64,000 nt of DNA from an uncultured Actinomycetota bacterium (lineage in GTDB: Bacteria; Actinomycetota; Actinomycetes; Propionibacteriales; Nocardioidaceae). The position numbers and the translations under genes were made by a program. Where the stretch lies: assembly GCA_963721965.1 (NCBI GenBank), contig CAVRKT010000022.1, forward strand, positions 2,331 through 66,330, written 5' to 3'. The stretch's first letter is position 1. The number at the start of each line of letters is the position of its first letter. Below the pieces are notes generated by a model that did no database searches, was not told the DNA's origin, and saw only the letters and a program-made list of their open reading frames with translations. Below are positions 11,944 to 21,616 of the stretch, one piece after another.

Positions 11944-13143
11944 GTGACCGTGCGTCCGTCAGGTGTCGCGGCGGACGGACTCCGGCGCACCAACCTGCGG
12001 ACGATCCTGCAGGAGGTGCACCACCGGGGTCCGACGACGCGTGCCGTCCTCACCCGGCAGCTCGGCCTGAACCGCAGCACCATCGGCGGCCTCGTCGCCG
12101 AGCTGCAGACGCTGGGCCTGGTCAGCGAGGGCACCGGTGCTGTCGGCGGGCCGGGCCGGCCCTCCCACGTGGTCTCGCCGTGCGACGAGAACGTGGTGGT
12201 GGCCGTCGACCTCGGTGTCGACCGGATCGTCGCCGCCGTCGTCGGCCTGGGCGGCCGGGTGCGCGAGCGTCGCACCCGGCTGCACCACCGGGGCGAGCAC
12301 GACGTCGCTCCCGTGGTCGAGTCGGTGGCGCAGATGGTCGAGGACCTCGTCGCCGCCGCCCCCACCGCGCGGTTCCTCGGGGTCGGGGTGGCGGTGCCTG
12401 GCGCCGTCCGCGCCGACGACGGCCTGGTGCAGTTCGCGCCCAACCTCGGCTGGGAGCGGGCGCCGTTCACCGCCCTGCTCGCCGAGCGCCTCGCGATCCC
12501 CGTCAACGCCGGCAACGACGCCGACCTCGGCGTGCTGGCCGAGCACGTGCGCGGCGCCGCCGTCGGCTACACCCACCCCGCCTTCCTCAACGGCTCGGTC
12601 GGCATCGGTGGCGGGTTCCTGGTGCAGGGCGTGCCCTTGCGCGGTGCCCACGGCTACGCCGGCGAGGTCGGGCACCTGCAGGTCGACACCGGGGGAGACC
12701 CGTGCCGCTGCGGTGCCATCGGCTGCTGGGAGAGCAGGGCGGGGGAGAACCGGCTGCTCCAGCTGGCCGGCCGGCTCCCGGGCGGCGGGCCGGACGCCGT
12801 CGCCGAGGTGATGGCGGCCGCTCGCCACGGCGAGGTGCGCGCCTCCGAGGCCTGCGCCGAGGTCGCCGGCTGGGTCGGCGTCGGCCTGCGTGCCGTCATC
12901 AACGTGTTCAACCCCGACGTCATCGTGCTCGGCGGCAGCCTCGCGCAGATCTGGGACGTCGCTGCCGACGCCGTCGACGCCGCCGTCCAGCAGGGCGCGC
13001 CACTGCCGCCTCGCGACGAACTGTTGATCACCGCCGCCGCGCTGGGCCTCGACGCTCCACTGCTGGGCGCCGCCGAGCTCGCCTTCGCGCCGCTGCTCGA
13101 CGACCCCCAGGGCGTCGCGGGCACCCTCGCCGGTTCCGGCTGA
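11944..13143 (+). CDS. ROK family transcriptional repressor (XylR/NagC-like)
   Basis: N-terminal HTH (TTRAVLTRQLGLNRSTIGGLV), GRP motif, NDADLG, GEVGH and CRCGAIGCWE. Confidence 0.92.
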   Translation: MTVRPSGVAADGLRRTNLRTILQEVHHRGPTTRAVLTRQLGLNRSTIGGLVAELQTLGLVSEGTGAVGGPGRPSHVVSPCDENVVVAVDLGVDRIVAAVVGLGGRVRERRTRLHHRGEHDVAPVVESVAQMVEDLVAAAPTARFLGVGVAVPGAVRADDGLVQFAPNLGWERAPFTALLAERLAIPVNAGNDADLGVLAEHVRGAAVGYTHPAFLNGSVGIGGGFLVQGVPLRGAHGYAGEVGHLQVDTGGDPCRCGAIGCWESRAGENRLLQLAGRLPGGGPDAVAEVMAAARHGEVRASEACAEVAGWVGVGLRAVINVFNPDVIVLGGSLAQIWDVAADAVDAAVQQGAPLPPRDELLITAAALGLDAPLLGAAELAFAPLLDDPQGVAGTLAGSG

Positions 13144-13165
13144 CGCCTTCGTCTACCCTCGCGGC

Positions 13166-13831
13166 GTGCTGGAGACGAGCGTGCTGGACCGGTTCAAGGG
13201 GTTCTGGCAGGGCGTGGTGCTGCTGCCGTTCGTCCGCCTGTTCCTGCGGCTCGGCATCAGCCCGGACGCCGTGACGCTGGTCGGCACCATCGGCGTGTGC
13301 GCGGGCGCGCTCGTGTTCTTCCCGCGGGGGGAGCTGCTGGTCGGCGTCCTCGTGATCACCGCCTTCGTGTTCAGCGACCTGATCGACGGCAAGATGGCGC
13401 GCGAGCTGGGCCGGGACTCGAAGTTCGGCGCGTTCTGGGACTCCACCCTCGACCGCTTCGGCGACGGTGCCGTCTTCGTCGGACTCGCGCTCTACTACGC
13501 CCGCGACGGCGACAGCTTCCTCTACCTGTGCGTGGCGCTCTACTGCCTCGTGACGGGGTCGGTGACCTCCTACGCCCGCGCCAAGGCCGAGTCGCTCGGC
13601 ATGGACGCCCGCGGCGGCATCGCGGAGCGCGCCGACCGGCTGGTGCTGATCCTCGTGCTCACCGGGCTCTCCGACATCCTCGACGTCCCCGAGCTGCTGT
13701 ACGGCGCCCTGTGGCTGCTGGCCGCGGCCAGTACCGCCACCGTCGTCGTCCGGGTGCTGAAGGTCCGCAGCCAGGCGCTGGTGATCGACGCCGCCGCGGC
13801 CGCTCGTCCCGACTCGGCCCCCGAGGCCTGA
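13166..13831 (+). CDS. pgsA: Phosphatidylinositol phosphate synthase (CDP-alcohol phosphatidyltransferase)
   Basis: SDLIDGKMAR...FGAFWDSTLDR signature; SYARAKAES; conserved position near thrS-HIT. Confidence 0.9.
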   Translation: MLETSVLDRFKGFWQGVVLLPFVRLFLRLGISPDAVTLVGTIGVCAGALVFFPRGELLVGVLVITAFVFSDLIDGKMARELGRDSKFGAFWDSTLDRFGDGAVFVGLALYYARDGDSFLYLCVALYCLVTGSVTSYARAKAESLGMDARGGIAERADRLVLILVLTGLSDILDVPELLYGALWLLAAASTATVVVRVLKVRSQALVIDAAAAARPDSAPEA

Positions 13832-13849
13832 GCGCCGTACCCTCAGAGA

Positions 13850-14758
13850 ATGGCTGACAGCACCACCCCGAACCACCCCGAGACCGGCACCACCCGCGTG
13901 AAGCGCGGGATGGCCGAGATGCTCAAGGGCGGCGTGATCATGGACGTCGTCACCGCGGAGCAAGCGAAGATCGCCGAGGACGCCGGCGCGGTGGCGGTGA
14001 TGGCGCTCGAGCGGGTCCCGGCCGACATCCGGGCCCAGGGCGGCGTCAGCCGGATGAGCGACCCCGACATGATCGACAGCATCATCGAGGCCGTCTCGAT
14101 CCCCGTGATGGCCAAGGCCCGCATCGGTCACTTCGCCGAGGCCCAGGTGCTGCAGAGCCTCGGCGTCGACTACGTCGACGAGTCCGAGGTGCTCACGCCC
14201 GCCGACTACGCCCACCACATCGACAAGTGGGCGTTCACCGTGCCGTTCGTGTGCGGCGCCACCAACCTCGGCGAGGCGCTGCGCCGCATCTCCGAGGGTG
14301 CGGCCATGATCCGCTCCAAGGGCGAGGCCGGCACCGGCGACGTCTCGAACGCCGTCACCCACATGCGCACGATCCGCCAGGAGATCCGCCGGCTGGGCAG
14401 CCTCCCCGAGGACGAGCTGTTCGTCGCGGCCAAGGAGCTCCAGGCGCCCTACGACCTGGTCGCCGAGGTGGCGCGCACCGGCGGCCTCCCCGTCGTCCTG
14501 TTCACCGCGGGCGGCATCGCCACCCCGGCCGACGCCGCGATGATGATGCAGCTCGGCGCGGAGGGCGTCTTCGTCGGCTCGGGCATCTTCAAGTCCGGCA
14601 ACCCGGCGGAGCGCGCCGAGGCGATCGTCAAGGCCACCACCTTCCACGACGACCCGGCGATGGTCGCGAAGGTCTCGCGCGGGCTGGGCGAGGCGATGGT
14701 GGGCATCAACGTCGAGGACATCGCGCAGCCGCACCGGCTCGCCGAGCGCGGCTGGTAG
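13850..14758 (+). CDS. pdxS: Pyridoxal 5'-phosphate synthase lyase subunit
   Basis: [25 protein letters not shown] and [11 protein letters not shown] motifs; C-terminal LAERGW. Confidence 0.98.
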   Translation: MADSTTPNHPETGTTRVKRGMAEMLKGGVIMDVVTAEQAKIAEDAGAVAVMALERVPADIRAQGGVSRMSDPDMIDSIIEAVSIPVMAKARIGHFAEAQVLQSLGVDYVDESEVLTPADYAHHIDKWAFTVPFVCGATNLGEALRRISEGAAMIRSKGEAGTGDVSNAVTHMRTIRQEIRRLGSLPEDELFVAAKELQAPYDLVAEVARTGGLPVVLFTAGGIATPADAAMMMQLGAEGVFVGSGIFKSGNPAERAEAIVKATTFHDDPAMVAKVSRGLGEAMVGINVEDIAQPHRLAERGW

Positions 14759-14883
14759 GAGCACCGACGCCGTTGCGGCGATCTTGAGGCTGTCCATGGC
14801 CGGTCTAGGCCGGGAGTTGATGCGGGTCCCGTTGAGTAGGGGTTGTTAGAGAACCCCCACACACCCCCACAGCTGGAGTCACC

Positions 14884-15429
14884 ATGAACAAGACCGTCAA
14901 GGGTCTGCTCGCCGCCGGTACCGCGTCCGTCCTGCTCGTCGGCGGCGCCGGCACCCTCGCCTACTGGAACGACACCGCCACCGTCGGTGGCGCCACGTTC
15001 ACCGCTGGCGACCTGAAGCTCGACGCCTCCTCCTGCGCCTCCGCCGGCTGGACCGTGACCAACTCGATCACGCAGACCACTGCGGTGGCCTTCACCCCCG
15101 GCTCCGACAAGATCGTCCCGGGCGACGTGCTCAAGAAGACCTGCACCGTCGGCATCGTGGCGGTCGGCAAGAACCTGAAGGCCGACCTCGGCGTCACCGG
15201 CGGCGCCAGCACCGCCGGCACCATGGACAGCGCCTCGTTCTCCGTCACCGGCGACTTCAAGCTCGGCGGCCAGGCGCTGTCGACCATCACCGCGGCCAAC
15301 ACCGGCCAGTCGGTCGCCGCCACCCTCACCGTCACCTTCCCGCGCGGCACCTCGGTCGACAACGCCAGCAAGCTGAAGACGATCAACCTGGCCGACTACA
15401 CCGTCACCGCCACCCAGTCCGCCGCCTGA
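14884..15429 (+). CDS. SipW-cognate (alternate signal peptide) exported protein, TasA/CalY-like N-terminus; candidate major fibre subunit
   Basis: MNKTVKGLLAAGTASVLLVGGAGTLA|YWNDTATVGGATFTAGDLKL; KIVPGD motif; Thr/Ala-rich beta-type sequence; two Cys. Confidence 0.85.
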   Translation: MNKTVKGLLAAGTASVLLVGGAGTLAYWNDTATVGGATFTAGDLKLDASSCASAGWTVTNSITQTTAVAFTPGSDKIVPGDVLKKTCTVGIVAVGKNLKADLGVTGGASTAGTMDSASFSVTGDFKLGGQALSTITAANTGQSVAATLTVTFPRGTSVDNASKLKTINLADYTVTATQSAA

Positions 15430-15458
15430 GTCGTCTGACGGACGAGGGACCAGAACCC

Positions 15459-16094
15459 ATGAGCACCTCGGTGATCGAGCGCCCCGCAACCGGAGCGGAG
15501 TCGGCCGACCAGCCGACGACCCCCGGCACGGAGGCCTCGTCGCTGCGGTCGGCCGGGCGCTTCGTCGCTCAGGTCACCGCGTGGCTCGTGATCCTGGTCC
15601 TGATGGCCGCGCTCGCCGCGGCCGTGTTCGTCCCGCGCCTCGTCGGCGGCACCGCCTTCACCGTCCTCACCGGGTCGATGGCCCCGACCTACCCGCCGGG
15701 CACGCTCATCGTCGACAAGCAGGTCGACCCCGAGGACATCACCATCGGCAGCGCCGTGACCTTCCAGATCGAGTCCGGCAAGTCCGACGTCGTCACCCAC
15801 CGGGTCATCGCGATCCGCACCGGTGAGGGCGGCGAGCCCGAGTTCATGACCCAGGGCGACGCCAACGGCGCACCCGACGCCGACTGGCGCCCGTCCGCCG
15901 CCGTCCGTGGCGAGGTCTGGTACGCGATCCCGCACCTCGGCCGCATCGACGGCGTGCTCAGCGGCCACACCCGCCAGCTCGGCGTGTACGCCGTCGCCGG
16001 CCTCCTGGCCATCTACGCCGGGGCTAACCTTCTGGGAGCGGCCCGCGACCGGCGTCGCACCGACGCCGACGGCCCCGACTCCACCATCGTCTGA
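15459..16094 (+). CDS. sipW: Signal peptidase I, ER/archaeal (SipW) type
   Basis: TVLTGSMAPT (catalytic Ser), VVTHRV (His in place of Lys) and TQGDAN motifs; N- and C-terminal TM helices. Confidence 0.92.
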   Translation: MSTSVIERPATGAESADQPTTPGTEASSLRSAGRFVAQVTAWLVILVLMAALAAAVFVPRLVGGTAFTVLTGSMAPTYPPGTLIVDKQVDPEDITIGSAVTFQIESGKSDVVTHRVIAIRTGEGGEPEFMTQGDANGAPDADWRPSAAVRGEVWYAIPHLGRIDGVLSGHTRQLGVYAVAGLLAIYAGANLLGAARDRRRTDADGPDSTIV

Positions 16095-16150
16095 CCCCAC
16101 CCCCCACGCACCAAGGGCGCTCCACCCCACCCCACGAGAGGAGGAGCCCG

Positions 16151-16726
16151 ATGACCGTCAAGGTCTGGCCTACGACCCGCCGCGGCTCCCTCGTGGCCGC
16201 GATCGTCGCCCTCCTCGTCGCCGCGCTGCTGCTGATCGGCGGCCGCGGCACCTTCGCCTACTGGAACGACGACGCCGCGGTGAGCGGCGGCACGTTCTCC
16301 TCCGGGAAGCTCGACCTCACCGTCGACGGCGCCCAGGGCAACCCGACCGCCTTCGCCGAGACCAACCTGGCCCTCGCCACGATGGTGCCCGGGGAGAGTG
16401 TCGCCGCCAACGTCGTGCTGGCCAACGCCGGCGACGCCGACTTCACCTGGACCGCCTCCGCCTCCGCCGGTGGCGATCTCGGCCCGGCTCTCACCGTCGA
16501 GGTGTTCCTCGGGTCGCAGTCCGGTGACGACACCACCTACCCGCGCACCGAGTCGTGCAGTGGCACCGCGATCACGCTGGGTGGCACCGCCACCCGGCTC
16601 AACCGCACCCAGACCCAGGCCGTCTGCGTGGAGGTGTCGCTGCCGACCACCACCGGCAACGCCTTCCAGTCGAAGACCACGGGCTCGGTCACGGTCACGG
16701 TCAACGCCACCCAGGTGATCTCGTGA
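16151..16726 (+). CDS. SipW-cognate exported protein, TasA-like
   Basis: Hydrophobic signal then GTFA|[20 protein letters not shown]; MVPGES, LANAGD and VCVEVSLP motifs; terminal ATQ; SD GAGGAGG. Confidence 0.85.
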   Translation: MTVKVWPTTRRGSLVAAIVALLVAALLLIGGRGTFAYWNDDAAVSGGTFSSGKLDLTVDGAQGNPTAFAETNLALATMVPGESVAANVVLANAGDADFTWTASASAGGDLGPALTVEVFLGSQSGDDTTYPRTESCSGTAITLGGTATRLNRTQTQAVCVEVSLPTTTGNAFQSKTTGSVTVTVNATQVIS

Positions 16727-17559
16727 GGCTCCGGCCCGTGCTCGTGGTCGCGGCCCTCGCGGTCGTCGCACTCGCGCTCGGCATCAACGGCACGTACGCC
16801 GTCTTCACCGACCAGGCGACGGTCAACGCCGGAGCCAGCGCGAGCACCGCCTTCACCTCCGGTTCGGTCGCGACCCCTGTCACCCCCACCGTGACGCAGC
16901 AGAGCGGCACCGGGGACACCGTCGTCTCCTGGACGTCGACCGCGGTCACCACCGGAGCGGGCGCCACGACGGCCACCACCTACGACGTGCTCCGCTACAC
17001 CGCGGCCAGCGGCGGCACCGCCACGCACGATCTGCTCCGGCCGTCACCGGCACCACCTGCACCCCGGCCACCACCGCCGGCGCCTTCCACTACGCCGTCC
17101 GCGCCCGGTTCCAGACCAGCTGGGTCAAGGAGGGGGCTCGGGCCGCCTTCGCCGCCGACACCACGCCCCGACGATCGCCTGACCGTCAGCGCCCCGACCG
17201 ACGGCTACAGCAACACGGCGCGGGAACCTCCGCTCCGCGGTCAACTGCGGCACCGGCACGCCGCCCGCCTGTGGCACGACCTCCGGTGCCGCACGCGGTC
17301 GAGTACACGATGCGCGCAACGGCGCGCAGTGCTGGAGCACCTCGGGGCCGCCTGGGTCAACGCCGCGTCCTGCTCGTTCGCGGCGCTCGAGGCACCCTCA
17401 CGGCGTGGACCATCCCGGCGCTCGGAGAACACCGCCTACCCCACCAGCGCCGCGGGCCACGGCACCATCGTGCTCACGGTCCGCGCCACCGACGGTTTCG
17501 GCAACTCGACCACCCGGACGGTCACCTTCACCATCGTGAGCCGAGCGCTCGCTTCCTAG
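16723..17559 (+). CDS. SipW-cognate exported protein with FN3/Ig-like domains (indels); candidate tip/adhesin subunit
   Basis: GTGA overlap start; [26 protein letters not shown]|VFTDQATV...FTSGSV; VVSWT...YDVLRY...HYAVRARF; C-terminal [21 protein letters not shown]. Confidence 0.7.
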   Translation: MRLRPVLVVAALAVVALALGINGTYAVFTDQATVNAGASASTAFTSGSVATPVTPTVTQQSGTGDTVVSWTSTAVTTGAGATTATTYDVLRYTAASGGTATHDLLRPSPAPPAPRPPPPAPSTTPSAPGSRPAGSRRGLGPPSPPTPRPDDRLTVSAPTDGYSNTAREPPLRGQLRHRHAARLWHDLRCRTRSSTRCAQRRAVLEHLGAAWVNAASCSFAALEAPSRRGPSRRSENTAYPTSAAGHGTIVLTVRATDGFGNSTTRTVTFTIVSRALAS

Positions 17560-17568
17560 ACTGCGGTG

Positions 17569-18161
17569 GTGAGGATCGGAGTGCTCGCCCTCCAGGGCGA
17601 CGTGCGCGAGCACCTGGCGGCGCTCGCGCTCCTCGGCGTCCCCGCGACGACGGTGCGCCGTCCCGCCGAGCTGGACGCGGTCGACGCGCTCGTGCTCCCC
17701 GGCGGGGAGTCCACGACCATGGCGAAGCTCGCCCGCGCGTTCGACCTGCTCGAGCCGCTGCGGCTGCGGGTCAAGGAGGGGATGCCGACCCTCGGCACCT
17801 GCGCCGGGATGATCCTGCTCGCCGACCGCGTGCTCGACGGCGCACCCGGCCAGGAGACCATCGGCGGGCTCGACGTCACCGTGCGGCGCAACGCCTTCGG
17901 CCGCCAGGTCGACTCCTTCGAGGGCCCGCTCCGACGTCGAGCGGCATCGCCGGCCCGGTGCCCGGGGTGTTCATCCGGGCGCCCTGGGTCGAGTCCACGG
18001 GTCCCGGCGTCGAGGTGCTCGGTCGGGTGGCCGAGGGCGAGGCGGCCGGTAGGATCGTCGCGGTCCGGCAGGGCCCGCTGATGGCGACGTCGTTCCACCC
18101 CGAGATGGGTCGCGACCCCCGCGTGCACGCCCTGTTCGTCGACCTGATCCGACAGTCGTAG
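17569..18161 (+). CDS. pdxT: Pyridoxal 5'-phosphate synthase glutaminase subunit (one indel)
   Basis: [31 protein letters not shown] and TSFHPE motifs. Confidence 0.97.
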
Positions 18162-18171
18162 ATAGGAACTC

Positions 18172-18939
18172 ATGTCCGGGCACTCCAAGTGGGCGACCAC
18201 GAAGCACAAGAAGGCGGCCATCGACGCCAAGCGCGGCAAGATGTTCGCCAAGCTCATCAAGAACATCGAGGTGGCGGCCCGCACCGGCGGCGGCGACATG
18301 GCCGGCAACCCGACGCTCTTCGACGCCGTCCAGAAGGCCAAGAAGAGCTCGGTCCCCAACGACAACATCGACCGTGCGGTCAAGCGCGGCTCCGGTGAGG
18401 ACACCGGCGGCGCCGACTACCAGACGATCATGTACGAGGGCTACGGGCCCGCGGGGGTCGCGCTGCTCATCGAGTGCCTCACCGACAACAAGAACCGCGC
18501 GGCCATGGAGGTCCGCATGGCGATGACCCGCAACGGCGGCTCGCTCGCCGACCCGGGCTCGGTGTCGTTCCTCTTCAACCGCAAGGGCGTCGTGGTCGTA
18601 CCCGCCACGCAGGACAGCCGCACCGTCACCGAGGACGACCTGCTCGAGGCGACCCTCGAGGCCGGCGCCGACGACGTCCACGACCTCGGCGAGGCGTTCG
18701 AGGTCGTCTCCGAGGCCACCGACCTCGTCGCCGTGCGCACCTCGCTCCAGGCCGCCGGCATCGACTACGACTCCGCCGAGGCCGCCTTCGTCCCCGACAA
18801 CAAGGTCGCCCTCGACAAGGACGCCGCGGGCAAGCTCTTCCGCCTCGTCGACGCCCTCGAGGACCTCGACGACGTGCAGGAGATCTACGCCAACTACGAC
18901 GTGAGCGACGCCGTCATGGAGGAGCTGGCCGACGCGTGA
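18172..18939 (+). CDS. yebC: YebC/PmpR family protein
   Basis: [20 protein letters not shown] and TDNKNR motifs. Confidence 0.96.
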   Translation: MSGHSKWATTKHKKAAIDAKRGKMFAKLIKNIEVAARTGGGDMAGNPTLFDAVQKAKKSSVPNDNIDRAVKRGSGEDTGGADYQTIMYEGYGPAGVALLIECLTDNKNRAAMEVRMAMTRNGGSLADPGSVSFLFNRKGVVVVPATQDSRTVTEDDLLEATLEAGADDVHDLGEAFEVVSEATDLVAVRTSLQAAGIDYDSAEAAFVPDNKVALDKDAAGKLFRLVDALEDLDDVQEIYANYDVSDAVMEELADA

Positions 18940-19075
18940 CTGTTCTTCTGGGTTGATGGCCGCGCGCGTAACACGCCGGGTCTCGCCGTCAAGGACGTCG
19001 CTTCGTCGTTTCACCGGTCGGCCTTGCTGACTTCCTCGGCAGTGCATCGGGCCGGAGTCGAGCGGAGTGCCGAGG
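18937..19075. repeat. Truncated/degenerate copy of the 27875-28378 palindromic element
   Basis: 38-nt exact match GGCCGCGCGCGTAACACGCCGGGTCTCGCCGTCAAGGA (18958-18995 = 27899-27936), followed by a degenerate version of the central hairpin (GCTGACTTC...GCGGAGTGCC). Confidence 0.85.
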
Positions 19076-19145
19076 GCGGAGCGTGTCTGCGCTGACACGA
19101 AGACGAGTCCGCGTGTCGCAGCGCGGCGGGACCGCCCGGCCGACC

Positions 19146-19168
19146 TACGGTTGCGAACACACGTTCGA
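19146..19168 (+). promoter_or_regulatory. ruvCAB promoter -10 (TACGGT) with LexA SOS box
   Basis: CGAAC-ACAC-GTTCG at 19154-19167 matches the actinobacterial SOS box and lies directly upstream of ruvC. Confidence 0.85.
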
Positions 19169-19183
19169 CCGTGAGGAGCTGCT

Positions 19184-19711
19184 GTGCGGGTGCTGGGCAT
19201 CGACCCCGGGTTGACCCGGTGCGGCATGGGGGTGGTCGACGGCGACGTCGGCCGGCCGCTCACGCTCGTCGACGTCGGCGTGCTGCGCACCTCCGCCGAC
19301 CTGCCGGTGCCCGATCGGCTCGTCACCATCGAGCGGGGCGTCGAGGCCTGGGTGGAGGAGCACCGGCCGGACGCCGTCGCGATCGAGCGGGTCTTCGCGC
19401 GCTCCGACGTCAGCACGGTGATGGGCACGGCCCAGGCCAGCGGCGTGGCGATGGTGGTGGCCGCGCGGCGCGGGCTGGTGGTGGCGCTGCACACGCCGAG
19501 CGAGGTCAAGGCCGCGGTGTCGGGCAACGGCCGCGCCGACAAGGCGCAGGTGGCGCAGATGATCACCCGCATCCTGCGGCTCGACGCCACGCCGAAGCCG
19601 GCCGACGCCGCCGACGCGCTGGCGCTCGCCATCACCCACATCTGGCGCGGGGGCGCCCAGGCACGGATCGACGCGGCCCTCGCGGCCGCGAGCAGCAGGA
19701 GGAGCCGATGA
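19184..19711 (+). CDS. ruvC: Crossover junction endodeoxyribonuclease RuvC
   Basis: [19 protein letters not shown] and PADAADALA motifs. Confidence 0.97.
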   Translation: MRVLGIDPGLTRCGMGVVDGDVGRPLTLVDVGVLRTSADLPVPDRLVTIERGVEAWVEEHRPDAVAIERVFARSDVSTVMGTAQASGVAMVVAARRGLVVALHTPSEVKAAVSGNGRADKAQVAQMITRILRLDATPKPADAADALALAITHIWRGGAQARIDAALAAASSRRSR

Positions 19712-20313
19712 TCGCCTTCGTCCGCGGCGAGGTCGCCGCACTCACGCTCACCAGCGCGGTGCTGGAGGTCGGCGGGGTGGGCCTCGAGGTCTACTGCACG
19801 CCGGGCACGCTGGCCGGGCTGCGGGCCGGCCAGCGGGCCACGCTGCCCACGAGCATGATCGTGCGCGAGGACTCGCTCACGCTCTACGGGTTCGCCGACG
19901 ACGACGAGAAGGCGATCTTCGAGCTCGTGCAGACCGCCTCCGGCGTGGGTCCGAAGGTGGCGCAGGCGATCACCGCCGTGCTCGGCCCCGACGACGTCCG
20001 CCGCGCGATCGCCACCGACGACACCAAGACGCTCACCAGGGTGCCCGGCATCGGGCAGAAGGGGGCGCAGCGGATCATCCTCGAGCTGAAGGACCGCATC
20101 GGCCCGCCCACCGGCGCCGCCAGCACCACCACGGGCGCCGCGCCCGCCGCGTCGGCGCCGTGGCGCGACCAGGTGACGCAGGGCCTGATCGGTCTCGGCT
20201 GGTCGGTGAAGGACGCCGACCGCGCGGTCGAGTCGGTGGCCGACGAGGCCGGCGACGCCCCCGACGTCGGCGCGCTCCTCCGCGCGGCGCTGCGCTCCCT
20301 GAGCAAGGCCTGA
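19708..20313 (+). CDS. ruvA: Holliday junction branch migration protein RuvA
   Basis: [24 protein letters not shown] and [11 protein letters not shown] motifs. Confidence 0.97.
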   Translation: MIAFVRGEVAALTLTSAVLEVGGVGLEVYCTPGTLAGLRAGQRATLPTSMIVREDSLTLYGFADDDEKAIFELVQTASGVGPKVAQAITAVLGPDDVRRAIATDDTKTLTRVPGIGQKGAQRIILELKDRIGPPTGAASTTTGAAPAASAPWRDQVTQGLIGLGWSVKDADRAVESVADEAGDAPDVGALLRAALRSLSKA

Positions 20314-20327
20314 CGGAGACTGACGAC

Positions 20328-21404
20328 ATGGGCGACCACGAGCTCGGCGTCGCGGAGGAGGAGCACCTCCGCTCGCTCACCGCGGCCGAGGCCGACGGCG
20401 ACGAGCGCGTGGTCGAGGCCGCCCTGCGCCCCCGCACCCTCGACGAGGTGGTCGGCCAGAACCGGGTGCGCGAGCAGCTGGGACTCGTGCTCGAGGCGGC
20501 TCGGCAGCGCGGCCGGACGTCCGACCACGTGCTGCTCTCCGGCCCTCCCGGGCTCGGCAAGACCACGCTCGCCATGATCATCGCCGCCGAGATGACCGCT
20601 CCGCTGCGGCTCACCAGCGGCCCGGCCATCACCCACGCCGGCGACCTCGCCGCCATCCTCTCGGGGCTCAACGAGGGCGACGTCCTGTTCGTCGACGAGA
20701 TCCACCGGATGTCGCGGCCCGCGGAGGAGATGCTCTACCTCGCGATGGAGGACTTCCGGGTCGACGTCGTGATCGGCAAGGGCCCCGGCGCCACCGCGAT
20801 CCCGCTCGAGATCCCGCCGTTCACCCTGGTCGGGGCCACCACCCGAGCCGGACTGCTGCCCAGCCCGCTGCGCGACCGGTTCGGGTTCACCGGCCACCTG
20901 GAGTTCTACGACGCCGCCGAGCTCGACGAGATCGTGCGGCGCTCGGCGCGGCTGCTCGACGTCACCATCACCGGTGAGGGGTCCGCCGAGATCGCCTCCC
21001 GCTCCCGCGGCACCCCCCGCATCGCCAACCGGCTGCTGCGCCGGGTGCGCGACTACGCCCAGGTGCGCGCCGACGGCGTCGTCACCCTCGACGTCGCCCA
21101 CGCCACCCTCGACCTCTACGAGGTCGACCGCCTCGGGCTCGACCGGCTCGACCGCGGTGTGCTCGACGTGCTGTGCCGCCGCTTCGGCGGGGGCCCCGTC
21201 GGCCTGTCGACCCTGGCGGTGGGCGTGGGGGAGGAGCGGGAGACCGTCGAGGAGGTCGCCGAGCCGTTCCTCGTGCGCTGCGGATTCCTCGCCCGCACCC
21301 CGCGCGGTCGCGTCGCCACGCCGGCCGCCTGGCGTCACCTCGGTCTCACCGCGCCCGTCGCCAGTCCGCTCGGCGGCCCGGACGTCACCCTCTTCGACGA
21401 CTGA
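20328..21404 (+). CDS. ruvB: Holliday junction branch migration helicase RuvB
   Basis: [33 protein letters not shown] and [11 protein letters not shown] motifs. Confidence 0.98.
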   Translation: MGDHELGVAEEEHLRSLTAAEADGDERVVEAALRPRTLDEVVGQNRVREQLGLVLEAARQRGRTSDHVLLSGPPGLGKTTLAMIIAAEMTAPLRLTSGPAITHAGDLAAILSGLNEGDVLFVDEIHRMSRPAEEMLYLAMEDFRVDVVIGKGPGATAIPLEIPPFTLVGATTRAGLLPSPLRDRFGFTGHLEFYDAAELDEIVRRSARLLDVTITGEGSAEIASRSRGTPRIANRLLRRVRDYAQVRADGVVTLDVAHATLDLYEVDRLGLDRLDRGVLDVLCRRFGGGPVGLSTLAVGVGEERETVEEVAEPFLVRCGFLARTPRGRVATPAAWRHLGLTAPVASPLGGPDVTLFDD

Positions 21405-21447
21405 GCCCACGACGGAGCCCACGGCTGAGCCGACGACGGAGCCGACC
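21403..21447 (+). repeat. Imperfect 12-bp tandem repeat (GAGCCSACGRCK), about 4 copies, right after ruvB
   Basis: gagcccacgacg gagcccacggct gagccgacgacg gagccgacc. Confidence 0.75.
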
Positions 21448-21616
21448 AGCTGGTGGCGGGACGCGGGAACCCGCGCGGCCGGCCGCTCGTTGAGACCTCC
21501 GGCAGCCCTCGCGGATTCGTGGGCGACAGGACCCCCACGGCTACACTCTCCCGTCGGTCGCCCTGCGCTCCTGTGGCGTGCCGCTGCTCCCGCACTCGAC
21601 GCTGAGAGGTCTGTTC

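Noticed and set aside
21403-21447. 12-bp repeat after ruvB as a regulatory iteron array
   Set aside because: Short, degenerate and codon-like (EPTT); more likely a slippage-derived microsatellite or a remnant C-terminal extension.
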